Below the pieces are notes generated by a model that was not told the origin of the DNA, made no database searches, and saw nothing but the letters and a program-made list of their open reading frames with translations. 49,177 bases of DNA from Fonticula alba ATCC 38817. Lineage: Eukaryota > Protista > Nucleariida. The position numbers and the translations under genes are program-made. Below are positions 12,850 through 24,609 of this stretch, piece by piece. Within the stretch, counting starts at the first letter, position 1. Every line of letters starts with the position of its first letter. The DNA lies in assembly GCA_000388065.2 (NCBI GenBank), contig KB932205.1; one strand, given 5' to 3'.

Positions 12850-13135
12850 CTAGCCCTCATACACGTAGACGTACATTCGCAGACATGCCGAGGAATCTGC
12901 CAACCACCGCGGCCTGGGCGTTCCCGCGTGCCTCGCAGCCCAACCAACATCCCACATCTGACATCCAACATCTGAGCCTCCCCGCTGAGTGCGATTCCTG
13001 AGGCCTCAGCCCCACCTCCTCGGCCCTCTTGCGCCAAGGAGCCAGCCCGTGAGCGGAGGTGCTTCGGCGGCTTTACCCTTGAGAGGGTATTCTTCTTGGA
13101 ACATGCAAGGCCGCATGTGGTCGACATATGTGTCC

Positions 13136-13178
13136 CCTTGCCCTTCTCCTTGCCCTTCTCCTTGCCCTTCTCCTTGCC
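13136..13178. repeat. Tandem 12-mer CCTTGCCCTTCT x3.5 upstream of the zinc-finger gene
   Basis: Three perfect copies at 13136-13171 plus a partial copy. Confidence 0.85.
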
Positions 13179-13303
13179 TCCCTCCTGGCCCCTCTCTGCC
13201 TCCTCCACCGTCCCCCTTCCGCCCCATCTCCCCGCTACCCCCCCCCATCTCTCTCTTCCTCTTCGTCTTCCCCCCTTTTTCATCATCACACTTGATCGGG
13301 CGG

Positions 13304-16300
13304 ATGTCCGGTTCATATCGACCGGAGGTGGGTAAGATCGAGGGTGCCGGCGCAGAGGGCGCACCACCGCCGGGCAAGCCCCCGATCTCTGGCTCCCTTG
13401 ACGCCGAGGAGCCGGGGCGGTCGCCATCCGCCCGGCGTACGGCGCGTCCGGGACTCCTTCCACTGCGCGCGTCTGAGCGCATGTCCCCCTCGCGCACGCC
13501 CTCCCGGCGTCTGGCGCCCGGGAGCCCGCGCTCGCCGATCCAGCAGTTGGTGCAGGAGCTCCAGCGGGACACTCTGACGGATCATGACATCTATTCGCTG
13601 GCCGCGCCGGCGGGTGGGGGGCCTTTGCGCGATGGCGTTGGTGTACCCCTCGGCTGGGCATTCAGTCGGGCGGGTTTGCCCTCGCAGCGCATTTCGGGCC
13701 TCGGTGGGTGCACCTTTCCGGGACCTCCTTCGCCCCACTCCGCCGCTTGATTGTCACTGACTGCCTCTTGTCGGTTTCCCTTTCCCCTCTGTCGCCGGTC
13801 CCCTGTGCCGACCATGTAGATTCCTTCCAACTGATGCAGCAGCCCCAGTCAGACCATGGATTCCCCATGGCCGGATCCTTCTCCAGCATACCGGCTCCCC
13901 CTCCGCCGGTTCTGTTGCCCTCTTCGCGCAATGCGTCCGGCATGTCCTCCAGTTCGGTGATGGAGCAGCTGCTCCGGACGGGGGACTTCTCGTCACTTTC
14001 CTCCGCCGGAAGTGGGTCCCCCATCCCCGGCTTGCCGCAGGGCGCGAGGCCTTCCCTTTCGATGGGGGAAAAGCCGCCGCCGGCGCCCCTCTTCCTGGAC
14101 TCGCGACCGGTCGCAGCGGCCGCGGTGGCAGAACCAACAGCACCAGCAGCACCAGCAGCACCAGCAATGGCAGCGGCGTCAAAGACCACGGCGGAGACGG
14201 CGATGGCCATTGATGCGCCAGCCGTAGCAACGACCACACCCGGTGCCCCGGTGGCGCCCGGGGTTGTCCGGCCGTCGACGGCACCATGCCCGGTGTCGGA
14301 GCCCACGACCGCCGCCTCTGGCCCGGAGGAAAATGCCTGTTTGTTGCTGGTGTCGTTGATACTCTCGGTGCCGGTGGCCCGGCCGGCAGTCCGCCGGGTG
14401 CTCGATGACCTGAGCCACTTCCCGTCTGGCTTGGCCGGGCTGGCGCGGCGAATGGTCGGACGCCTGAGCACGGTCCTTGGCATGGATTTCAACCTTCCGA
14501 CGGCCCTGTTGACGGTGGCCCACCGGCACTTCGTGAATTTGGTGTCCCCCGCCTGGAACTGGCTGTTGTACCCGCTGCTCGGGGAGGCTGGACCCAATGG
14601 GCCGGTCACCGTGTCGCCGGCTTTGGCTTCCCTTTACTCGGAGCTGGCCGGGCTCCTGGAGCCATTGGCCACCATCCCCCTGGTCGGGCGTGGCTCCGAG
14701 ACCACCCCTGACGCCGAGCGTCCCGGTATGTTTCGCTGCTGGTGGGGATTTTCCCATGGCGCCGGAGGGGAGAGAGGGAAGGGGGAGGGGGGCAACCTGT
14801 CCGGCAATGGGCCCGGCAATGAGTCCGGCAATCAGTCCGAACGTCTTCCCCTGTCTCTCGCGCTTTTCTGACTGCCCCCCATCCTGGCGGTCGATATGTG
14901 GGCCCTGCGTCGATCGATGTCCGACCAGAATCACCACAGACCGACGACTGGGCGCACTGCCCGGCCACGAGGCGCGGCACACAGGCCATCCAATATCTAA
15001 TGCACCCGGGCATGCACCGGCCATTGTCACAAATGCTGTCACATGCGATGGCCGCGCAGGAGCACTTTGCCGAATCGGCCATCGGGGTGGTGGTGCTGCT
15101 GGCCCTGCGGCATGCGGCACACACGGCCGATTCGTTGGTGATGGAGTTCCCTCCTGGCATGGCGGTGTCGGCCGCCTCGCTGCCATTGATCCTCGGACAG
15201 ATCCAGCGGCGTCTGGCCACATTGCAGACGTTGGCCTTCAGTGGACTTGGAGGGCCCAGCCCGGTCGGGGTGGCCGGGTCGGCCGGGTGGTTTGCCCGGC
15301 CCTTCGCGGGGCTGGACACCAGCTCGCCGATCATGCCCGGGCTGGGCTCCTCATCACCGCCGCTGTTTCGGAGTGATGCATCGTCTCCGCGCCCGGATGG
15401 CGAGTCTCCGTCACTGCAGTCCCGGCTGCCGGCCGACCTGCGGCCAGACCCGCGGCCGGATCCCCACGACCTGGCCCTGAATGATCCCCTTGAAAGTACG
15501 AGGCTTGAGAATGGCCGAGGTCCGGACTCCCCGAGGCCGGCACTTGGCGGCCCCAGCGGGCCGGCGGCGTCCGGGGCCCCGGGGTCCCTTCCTTTGCCGG
15601 ATTTGCCGCCGGTGTCGGCTGCTGGAAATCCGCTCGATTTGCCGGCAGCCTCGACCTCCGCCGGCAGCGGGGCCGGATCCCCGCAGCCGTCCAGCCTCTT
15701 GGAGCTTACTCAGCCAACTGCCCCGGCGGCGGTGGCAGCGGCGGCCACAGGGCCCACCACTCCGGCGCATCGGCTCCATCACTCACATCATCATCGTCAT
15801 CTCGCAGGTTCTGTGCCTGGTCCTGGGGCTTCCTTGAGCTCGCTCATGGCGGCTGCCGCCAATGTCGCCGCGACACGGGTCCATGCGGCCGGCACGCCGG
15901 ATCCCCGGCCCACAGCCCAGTCGACCGCCGTGTTGGGCGGCGAGGCGGCTCTTTCCTTGGCTGGTGGGGCCGGCCGATCGACGGCCGGTGCCGAGCCGGT
16001 CAGCGAAAGCGTCGTGGTCGGCGAGTCCCCGCATCGCCAGCAGTCCGGGCCGGATGGCGTCCTGAGCGCGGCCTCGCCGTCCAGCCCGTCAGAGCCCCCT
16101 TCCACTTCCGATGGGACCCCCTTCGAAATCTTGACCTTGAACTTGAGCCCGGTGCGCGCCCGGTTTCTTCGGCCCCTCAGTAATGCCACTTCTCTGCCGG
16201 TCGGTCTGGGGGGGGGGGGGGGGAACAGAAGCGGCCACGGAAGCGCATGCACACGGAAACAGACATGGCCCATGCGCCAGATCCGGTCCTGCACCCGTGC

Positions 16301-17476
16301 CCCCGGGCTCTCTTCCACGCCCCGCTCCACATCTCGCCCTACCCAGCCAGCCCCGGGGATTGGTGTGTGCTGCTTTGGGCGGCGGTGATGGCCGCTACTG
16401 ACGTATGAGACTCAGGCTCCTGCGTGATGTCCGGGAGCATCACACCCCCGGGGCAGGGAAACTGCCTCCAGCCCCCACGGGAGGGCGGAGAGGGGGGCGG
16501 GGGCAGGGGGGGCGGGCGTCCAGCCCAGCATCGCTTCCGGGAAACCGCCACCGGTGGCTAATCACCGGCGCGCGCTCCTCGGGGGGGGGCCAACCGGGGG
16601 GGGGGGGGGGGGGGCCCACCGGGTTGCCGGTTCGCCTCCGCCTCGCTTACTGACCTCTTCCCCCCCCTCCCCCCCCCCTCTTGACATGTGGTGCGTGAAT
16701 GCGGTGGCAAAAACAAACGGACAAACAAACCAACCAACCAATATGCCCAGCTGGGCCCCGATGGCACCACCTCGCGAGTCAGTCTCTTTGGGTGTTCGAT
16801 CTGTGCCGCCGACAACCCCTACGGGCATTATTCGCCGGCGGAGTGCCCAACCAGCAGCTTCGAGTTGGTCCCCGGCACGGCAAGTGCCCTGTGCCAGGCA
16901 ACATCCCCGGGAGAGGAGGCCCGGCGCCGGGGCCATGCACCGGGCTGCATGTGTTTCTGGTTCGAGGGGACGCCACAGCTGGCGGACCATCTGATCAATG
17001 TCCACCTCCGGCGGCTGAAGGGCCGGCCGGGGCTGGAGGCCATCTCGGCTGCCGATGAGCTGGCAGATGCCGACAGCTGGCCGGCCACTCCGGGGGCCTT
17101 GTCTCCGCGGGCGGCGCTGGACTCCAATACCAGTGTGCACACGCGGCCGCCGCCATTGCCGCCGGCCCTGATCCGATCCCTTCGGGACCCGGAGCGCGAG
17201 GAGCTGAAGGCCAAGTCCTCGGTGTCCTCGACGGTGGTGCTGTCCAAATCACGGGAGAGCTTCGGCCAGGCGCTGCCACAGCTGCGGTACATCAGTCGGT
17301 TCCAGTGCTGCTTTGCCAATTGCTCGTACGTGGCCCAGTCCGATCGGCGGTTCCTGCTCGTGACGCACCTGCGCAAGCACTTCCCCTCGGCGGCCTTCAA
17401 GTGCCCGATCTGTTCGCAGTCCTACCGCCACTCGCAGAGCCTGCGCAAGCATATGCGCCGCGCGCATGACATGTGA
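13304..17476 (+). CDS. Large Ser/Pro-rich C2H2 zinc-finger protein (putative transcription factor), 4 exons, about 1063 aa
   Basis: Exons 13304-13640, 13820-14725, 14929-16151, 16751-17476 join in frame (3192 nt), with CTGAC branch-like sites before the acceptors. C-terminal tandem fingers FQCCFANCSYVAQSDRRFLLVTHLRKH and FKCPICSQSYRHSQSLRKHMRRAH. The start codon and the exon 3-4 junction are inferred. Confidence 0.75.
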
Positions 17477-20400
17477 CAAGCATGTCCTCCGCTGGGCAGG
17501 CCGCAGGACGAGCGATCTGTGGATGTGGATGTGCGCGCGAGCGAAATGTGTCCTTGTTCTGTGTCGCTCCTTGCGCGTCTCCCCGCCCCTCCTCTCGGGC
17601 CAGAGAGCAGGGCGGGCCAGGAAAAAAATAAAATAAAATACACGGGTCTTTTCCTCCTGGCTTTCCCTTTTCCCTGGGGGCCTTCCTCCGTCTCTGTCGG
17701 CTTTTCCGAGCTCGGGTCCGGATCTCCCCCTCCACCCCCCGCCCCCCACCTGGCCGGCTGCCGTGCCAGCATATGCCAACGTATGAATGAAACATTTTCA
17801 CCGTCGGCGCGATCGGGCGGTACTTTGCGCACATAATACGTAAGTGCCCCGGAATGCCGCGCTCCATGGGGGATGGCCAGGATGTTGGGTGTTTGCGCGG
17901 GACGCCGTGGGCCCGTGCGGCGGAAGTTCCTGCCGGCCGGCGGCGGGGTGGCGAGGGGTGAGGGTGGAATTGCCGGCCTCCTCCTGTTGCTGCTCGCAGG
18001 TCGCGGCCCCTAGCAACCCTCCCCCGGCCTGGCCGGCCCGGCCCGGCCCGGCCCTCCCGGCCCCTCCCTCGGCTGGCCACTTGCCATGTGGGGGCTGGTG
18101 CGAACACCGATGCTCCCGGGCTTTGGGCCCCTGGCTGCCCCCCGTCCCCCCCCGCCCCCCCCCCCCCCCCCCCCCCTCCTGCACCGGCCCCAGGGCGCTC
18201 TCTCGGGCGATGGACGAGCCGGCGGACCTGGCCAGCCCCNNNNNNNNNNNNNNNNNNNNNNNNNNNNNNNNNNNNNNNNNNNNNNNNNNNNNNNNNNNNN
18301 NNNNNNNNNNNNNNNNNNNNNNNNNNNNNNNNNNNNNNNNNNNNNNNNNNNNNNNNNNNNNNNGGGGGGGGGGGGGGGGCACCTTGCCCCAGAGGTGAGT
18401 AAGCCACGGCCTGGCAAGGCCGCATGGTGACCCCGGACCATCCGGGGCTGTCCGGAGTCCAAGTGATGCGGCGCCTCGGCCGGTCACTTTCATTCTTCCC
18501 ATCCCCCTGAATGGGCGTGGGCGTGGCCTCGGCCGTGAGCGTGGCTGTGGTGATGTCCGCCGTGGCTCGTACCTCCGCCGCCCCTCGCTGCGCGCTTCGG
18601 TCCATCCCCGGCTTCCGGCCCGCTGCCGGGCCCCCTGTTGCCAAGCCCGACCCGCATCGGAAGTTTATATGGGTGTTGTGCGATCCTTCCCCGGGGGAAG
18701 CCCAGGGGCGTGGGTCCGGGCATGAGTGTAAGTGTGCGTAAGTGCGTGTGTGTGCGTGTGTGTGTGGTGGTGGGGGGGGGGGGGGGGGGGGCCCGCCCGG
18801 GCCCCCCCCCGGCCGGGTTGGTGGCCCCCACCGCCGGCGGCTTTGGGCCCCCGGCCGGTGGGGAAAGGCGGGGGGGGCGGGGGGGCGGGGGCTGCTTGCC
18901 CCGGCGGAGGCTGGCTAGACAGGATCTGCCGGGCCTCCGGAGCGTCGTCCCTCCCCCTCCGGGAAAGAAAGGCGCCGGAAGAGGAATCCTCCCTCGAGGA
19001 GGGAGACAGGTGTGTCACCCAGGCAAACTGCCCTGGGGGCCGCCCCCCGCGCCGTGCGGGGTGGCTGCCCTGACGGAGGTTCACCCGCGGGGCACACCGG
19101 GCTCGTGAGGAAAGGGGGTTGATGGGAACCATCGACCCATCTCGCTCGACCTTCCTCTTTCTCTCCTGCTGTCGGGCTATGCCTCTCCCGGCTGCTCGCC
19201 GCCCTGGGCGCCCCCCCCCCCCTCCCCCTCCCCCTCCCCCTGCCGAGCCTTTAGAGTGCAACACAGTTGGTTCTTCGGCCTGGGGACCGCCAGCCGGTCC
19301 CAGCAGAAGGTGGACCCCAGGCAGGCCGTCTTCCTGGGGCCTCTTGCCGGCTGGGGTTTCAGATGAGAGGATGGCCCGAGGCTGAACTTGGCGGGAGCCC
19401 CCGGGGGCCGGGTCCTCCTCTGACCGTGTCCCTGTCCCCCCCCCCCCCCCCCCCCGCCTGAGGGGAAAGGGCCGAAACTGGCGAAGCGGGCTGTCTGTGA
19501 GGCGCCAGGATGGCCTCGCACAGTTGGAGGGGGCTTGTCTCCCGGGCCGGCCCTCCGCCTCAGGGGCCGGTGGAGGCGCCGTCATATCCTTCCTCCCCCT
19601 TCGCCGGCCGGCACACCGGCCCGCCCCCGAACGGGGGACGGCCGACTGACTCACACCACAGGGGCTGAGAGCCTCGCCCGGAGGGGCGGGGNNNNNNNNN
19701 NNNNNNNNNNNNNNNNNNNNNNNNNNNNNNNNNNNNNNNNNNNNNNNNNNNNNNNNNNNNNNNNNNNNNNNNNNNNNNNNNNNNNNNNNNNNNNNNNNNN
19801 NNNNNNNNNNNNNNNNNNNNNNNNNNNNNNNNNNNNNNNNNNNNNNNNNNNNNNNNNNNNNNNNNNNNNNNNNNNNNNNNNNNNNNNNNNNNNNNNNNNN
19901 NNNNNNNNNNNNNNNNNNNNNNNNNNNNNNNNNNNNNNNNNNNNNNNNNNNNNNNNNNNNNNNNNNNNNNNNNNNNNNNNNNNNNNNNNNNNNNNNNNNN
20001 NNNNNNNNNNNNNNNNNNNNNNNNNNNNNNNNNNNNNNNNNNNNNNNNNNNNNNNNNNNNNNNNNNNNNNNNNNNNNNNNNNNNNNNNNNNNNGGGGGGG
20101 GGGGGGGGGGGGGGACAACCACCGAACGCAGGCACGCCGCGAGGAATGCCAGAAATATCTGGCCGAGATGGATGAGTGTGTTCGTGTCTGCCTGCCAGAT
20201 GCCCAGGATTTTTTCCTGTTTGTCCCCCGGCTGCCCCCCCCCCCCCTCGTGCTCGGTCTCCCCCTCTCAGGTGGCTGTGGCTCGAGGGCGCGCCTGGTTT
20301 TCACATCCAAAACTGGGAAGTAGACGCGGATGTCCTGCTCCCCCCCCCCTCCGCCGCGCCTCCATCTCCGCTTCGAAGGCTGGGCAGGCTAAACTTTTTT

Positions 20401-20619
20401 GGGCGCTCCCTCCGAAGGCGGCTCCTCAAGAGGGCTCACTACTCTTCCCTGCCTCTCCCCCCCCTCCCTCCTCTTGTTGCTCCCCACTGCGCCTTTTCTC
20501 GCCCCTCAGCCCCCCTGCCTCCCCTTCGCCGGAGCCCGTGAGAGAGCGTTTGTACCTGTGTGTGCTTGCTCGCGCGTGTGTGGCCGCCTGCCCTCCCCGC
20601 CGCGGTTTTTCTTTTCATC

Positions 20620-23600
20620 ATGTCGACTCCCCCCGATGCCGAGGCCTCGGCTGCCCAGCCGGCGGCCTCCGTCCTGATCGCCGTGATCCTCCCCAAGCGG
20701 TCGATCCGGAAGACCTTCCGCTTTGACCCGGTGCGTGTGTCGTCTACACCTGTGGCCCGCCCCCCCCACCCAACTCTCGCATGGTTCCTGCCCCCTGGCC
20801 GGGGTGGGTCTTTTTTTTTGCTCCGGCTTGAGCCCCCTTCCTCCCTCTCGCTCCTGCCTCTTTCTCTCTCTCTCTCTCTCTCTCCCCTCCCTTCCATTGA
20901 CACGAGGGGCCATGTGGACAGAACAAAAGCATCTTCGAGATCAAGAGCGAGCTGCCGGAGAAGCTCGGCCTGGGAAACCTCGGCCGCCCAGCCGCCGGGG
21001 CCTCCGTCAAGTGGGCCTCCTCCAGCCCGGATGACGATCAACTCATCAACCCGGCCAATTACGGGCTCCTGGAGATCCACGGCTCCAAGGGGTCTGGCGC
21101 GTACTTCCTGGATGACCGACGCCAGCTGGGCGCGTACAACTTCCCAGACAGCGTGCGCCCCCTCCTGCCCTCCTCAAGCCTGGGATCGGCTCTTGATGCA
21201 TTCATTCCACATGGACTTCTCTCTCTCTCCCTCTCTCGCCCTGACCGGTGTGTGTCGCCTGCGGCCCGAAGACGGCTCTGGAGTTTGTGCCCAAGCGGCG
21301 CTTTGCCTCGGAGAAGGAGTTCCAGCTGAATGCCAAAAACAACACCCGACGCAATCAGAAGGCTCTCATCGAGGCGGTCATGGCCAAGAGCATTCGCAAG
21401 ACGCGCGAGCTCCTGGACAAGGGTCTCGATCCGAACTTCACCTTCGAGAATGGAGGTGCGTCTGATGCTGCGCGCCGACTCACGAATGCCCCGGCCACAG
21501 CCCTCGCCCCGCCTCTCCTTCCCCTCTGCCGCCGGAAAAATCCCCGGCACGCCCCTTCGGAGGCCCTTAAATTTTACACAGCCCGTGCTCCTCCTTCGCC
21601 ATTCCGAGCTCACACTTACACTCCCTGTGTTCTGTCGACGCGGGCGCGCCTCCCCCCCCCCTCCTCCCTCCCGAAGAAACCCCCCTCGCGGTGGCCGCGG
21701 CCAATGACGACACCGAGATGATCTTGCTGCTGGTGCAGCAGGGCGGTGCACATCTGGACTATTTCTGCGCCACCGACGGCCGGACCCCCCTGCATCGGGC
21801 GGCGCAGCGCGCGGCCACCCGAGCAACCTCCCTGCTGATGGACCTGGCAGCGGCCAAGAGCAGCACCGCCCCGGGCGTGGCCTTCCCCGATCGCCCAATC
21901 CAGCCGCTGCATTCACTGCCATCGCTCGGGTCCGGGGCCACCCCGCTGCTGGATGCCTGCACGGCCGGGTGTGTTGGCAGTGTTCGGGCCCTCCTGGAGG
22001 CCGGAGCCCGGCCAAGCGTCCAGCGCCAGGTGACCGACCTCTCGCAGCCCATCATCCCGGATAACACCCCTCGCGCGGCGCCGGCCCACAACCCGGCCTA
22101 TCTGGGGGAGCTCCATGCCGCCTGCCACAGCAGCAGTCACGAAGTGGTGGAGTTGCTGCTCGGGCCGCCGGGGCTGGCTGACCCGGACGTCACCAATGAG
22201 ACTGGCAACACGCCGATGCACGTGTGTGCCATTGGCAACCAACGCGAGTGTCTGCAGCATCTGATGCGTGCCGGTGCGCCTTACTTTCGGCCTCTTCCCC
22301 CTCTCTCCTCTCTCTCCTCTCTCTCNNNNNNNNNNNNNNNNNNNNNNNNNNNNNNNNNNNNNNNNNNNNNNNNNNNNNNNNNNNNNNNNNNNNNNNNNNN
22401 NNNNNNNNNNNNNNNNNNNNNNNNNNNNNNNNNNNNNNNNNNNNNNNNNNNNNNNNNNNNNNNNNNNNNNNNNNNNNNNNNNNNNNNNNNNNNNNNNNNN
22501 NNNNNNNNNNNNNNNNNNNNNNNNNNNNNNNNNNNCCTCTCTCTCCCCTCTCTCTCCCCTCTCTCTCCCCTGTTTCCCCCTCGTTATCCTTCGCTCGCTC
22601 GCTTGGCGCGCACATCATCCCTGCCGTGTCTTCCATCAGTTGCGCTGACGCATCCCCCCCCCCTCTCCCCCGCTGTCGTCCAGGTTGCGTGCGGAATTTC
22701 ACCAACCGCGCACATAGCACCGCCGCACAGACCGCTGTGACGTGCGGGTTTTTCTCCATTTCCACCACTATCGCCTCTTTCAAGGATTCGGATATTGGTG
22801 CGCACATGGATGCCAGCACCCGGTCGCCCGGCACTGGGCCTGTCTCCAGCGCCTTCTCCGTTGGCCGCACCCGAATGCTCCCTAACACTGTTCTCCCCGT
22901 CCCTTCCCCCTTTCTCTTCCCCTCCCCCCTCCGCCTCCCTCCTTGTTCAAATGTTGCGCGTCGCTCTGCCGCAGTTCCTCTCAGCAATTTCGGCTCGGCT
23001 GGGGGCGCGATCGGCGTGGCCGGTGCGACCGGGGCCCGCCACTCGGACACGTCGGCCGGCGGGAGTCCGGCTCTCTCGATCAACACCAGCGAGGGCATCG
23101 CCCGGTCCGGGTCATCGGATTCATTGAAGAGCCTGGCCAGCTCGTTGGGCGAGTCCACCGGGACGACGCTCTTCATCCCGCCCCCGCCGCCGGCCGGCTT
23201 CGTCGGGATCTGTCCACCGGGCGACGGGGCCCCCCTCCTGCGGAAGGTGGTGTCATTGGAGCCGCCCCCCATGCCGCCTGGTGCGGCCGACGCCGACCTG
23301 TCCACCGGGGCCTCCTCTGTCGGGCTGTCGTCGTCGTCGTCGTCATCGCCGCCATCGTCATCTTCATTCCAGACGACTCCGCCGCCGGTCGCCGGGTTCG
23401 CCGCTCCGCCACCCGTGGCCGGGTCTCCGGTTGGGTTTGGCGGTCCGCCGCCATCGGTGTCCACCGCCGCACCTCCGAGTGGGTTTGGGGCGCCGCCGCC
23501 GATGGGCGGGCCTCCTGCCGGGTTTGGGGCGCCGCCGGGGTTCGGCGGTCCACCGCCGCCGGTGTCCACCACGCCGACCACCCCCGGTGGGAGCTTCGCG

Positions 23601-23759
23601 CCTCCGCCGCTGGGCTTCGCTCGGCCGCCGCCCTCGCCTCAGACCCCCAACTCAGAAATGTCCTTCGCCGCGGCCGGCGGCCCGCCCGGGCAGTTCGGCA
23701 AGCCCCCCTCGCGCATGGCCCGGTCTGCCCCGCCGCCTCCGCCACAGGCGCACTCTTAG
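20620..23759 (+). CDS. Shank-like scaffold: SPN (ubiquitin-like) domain + 6 ankyrin repeats + Ser/Pro-rich tail, 6 exons, 673 aa
   Basis: Exons 20620-20730, 20922-21152, 21272-21455, 21677-22273, 22684-22797, 22975-23759 join in frame (2022 nt). Shank-like blocks: KTFRFDP, NYGLL...FLDDRRQLGAY, ALEFVPKRR, LLDKGLDPNF..GETPLAVAA, GGAHLDY...DGRTPLHRAA, NETGNTPMHVCAI, FKDSDIVP. Confidence 0.88.
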
Positions 23760-24609
23760 CACGCGCGTGCGTGTGCGCGCGCGTTTGTGTGTGTGTGTGT
23801 GTATATCTGTATGTATCTGCATCTGTATGCGTCTTCGCTCCTCGTTGTTTCGCACGCGTGTTTGCACATGCACACGCCGGAAAGCCGGCGACGCACCCCC
23901 CCCCCCCCTTCTTGCCTCCCTTCCTCTCTCTGGGGGTATTTTTTTTCACTCAGCAGCACAGGCCAGGTGGCCGAGCCGTGTGAAGGAGCCAGATACACCG
24001 AGGGGCGGGGGCGAGGCAGCATACACATTTCCCCACCACTTTCATGAGCCAATCGTTTGGTGTTTACGGTCTTCTTGTCTGTCGGGGCCGCGGTGTGCCC
24101 CGCGGAGAAAGGGCGGGAGGAGAGGGGCTGCAGGTGGCTCCGAAACACACGTTCGGGGTGCGCGCCCGCTCGGTCGAAGCCCAGGGGCCCGCTTTGGGAG
24201 GGGAGGGTGGGGGACGTGTCTCGCATGCCGCGTCCGTTGGTAGCAATGTCCTGACCGCCGCCAGACTGCCACCAGTCGGGACGACGGCCGGGGAACCCCG
24301 CCCTGAGGACCGGCCCGGGGCCAGCCACAGGCGTGAACTATTTCCCACCCCGCCCGGGGCTCCAGCTCCTGGTGGGCAGACAGCCCAACCTGAGCACCCC
24401 TTTTCCCCGCCTGCGCCTCCCGCTCGAGCGCTGCTCCTCCCCCCNNNNNNNNNNNNNNNNNNNNNNNNNNNNNNNNNNNNNNNNNNNNNNNNNNNNNNNN
24501 NNNNNNNNNNNNNNNNNNNNNNNNNNNNNNNNNNNNNNNNNNNNNNNNNNNNNNNNNNNNNNNNNNNNNNNNNNNNNNNNNNNNCCCCCGCCTCCCCCGT
24601 TCCGCCGCC

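Noticed and set aside
10800-13300. snRNA, 5S or SRP RNA in the 2.5-kb intergenic region
   Set aside because: No recognisable U1/U2/U6/5S/SRP signature was seen, though part of the region is a gap.
23230-23260. LLRKV as a WH2 actin-binding motif in the Shank-like tail
   Set aside because: The preceding residues are Gly/Pro-rich and cannot form the required amphipathic helix.
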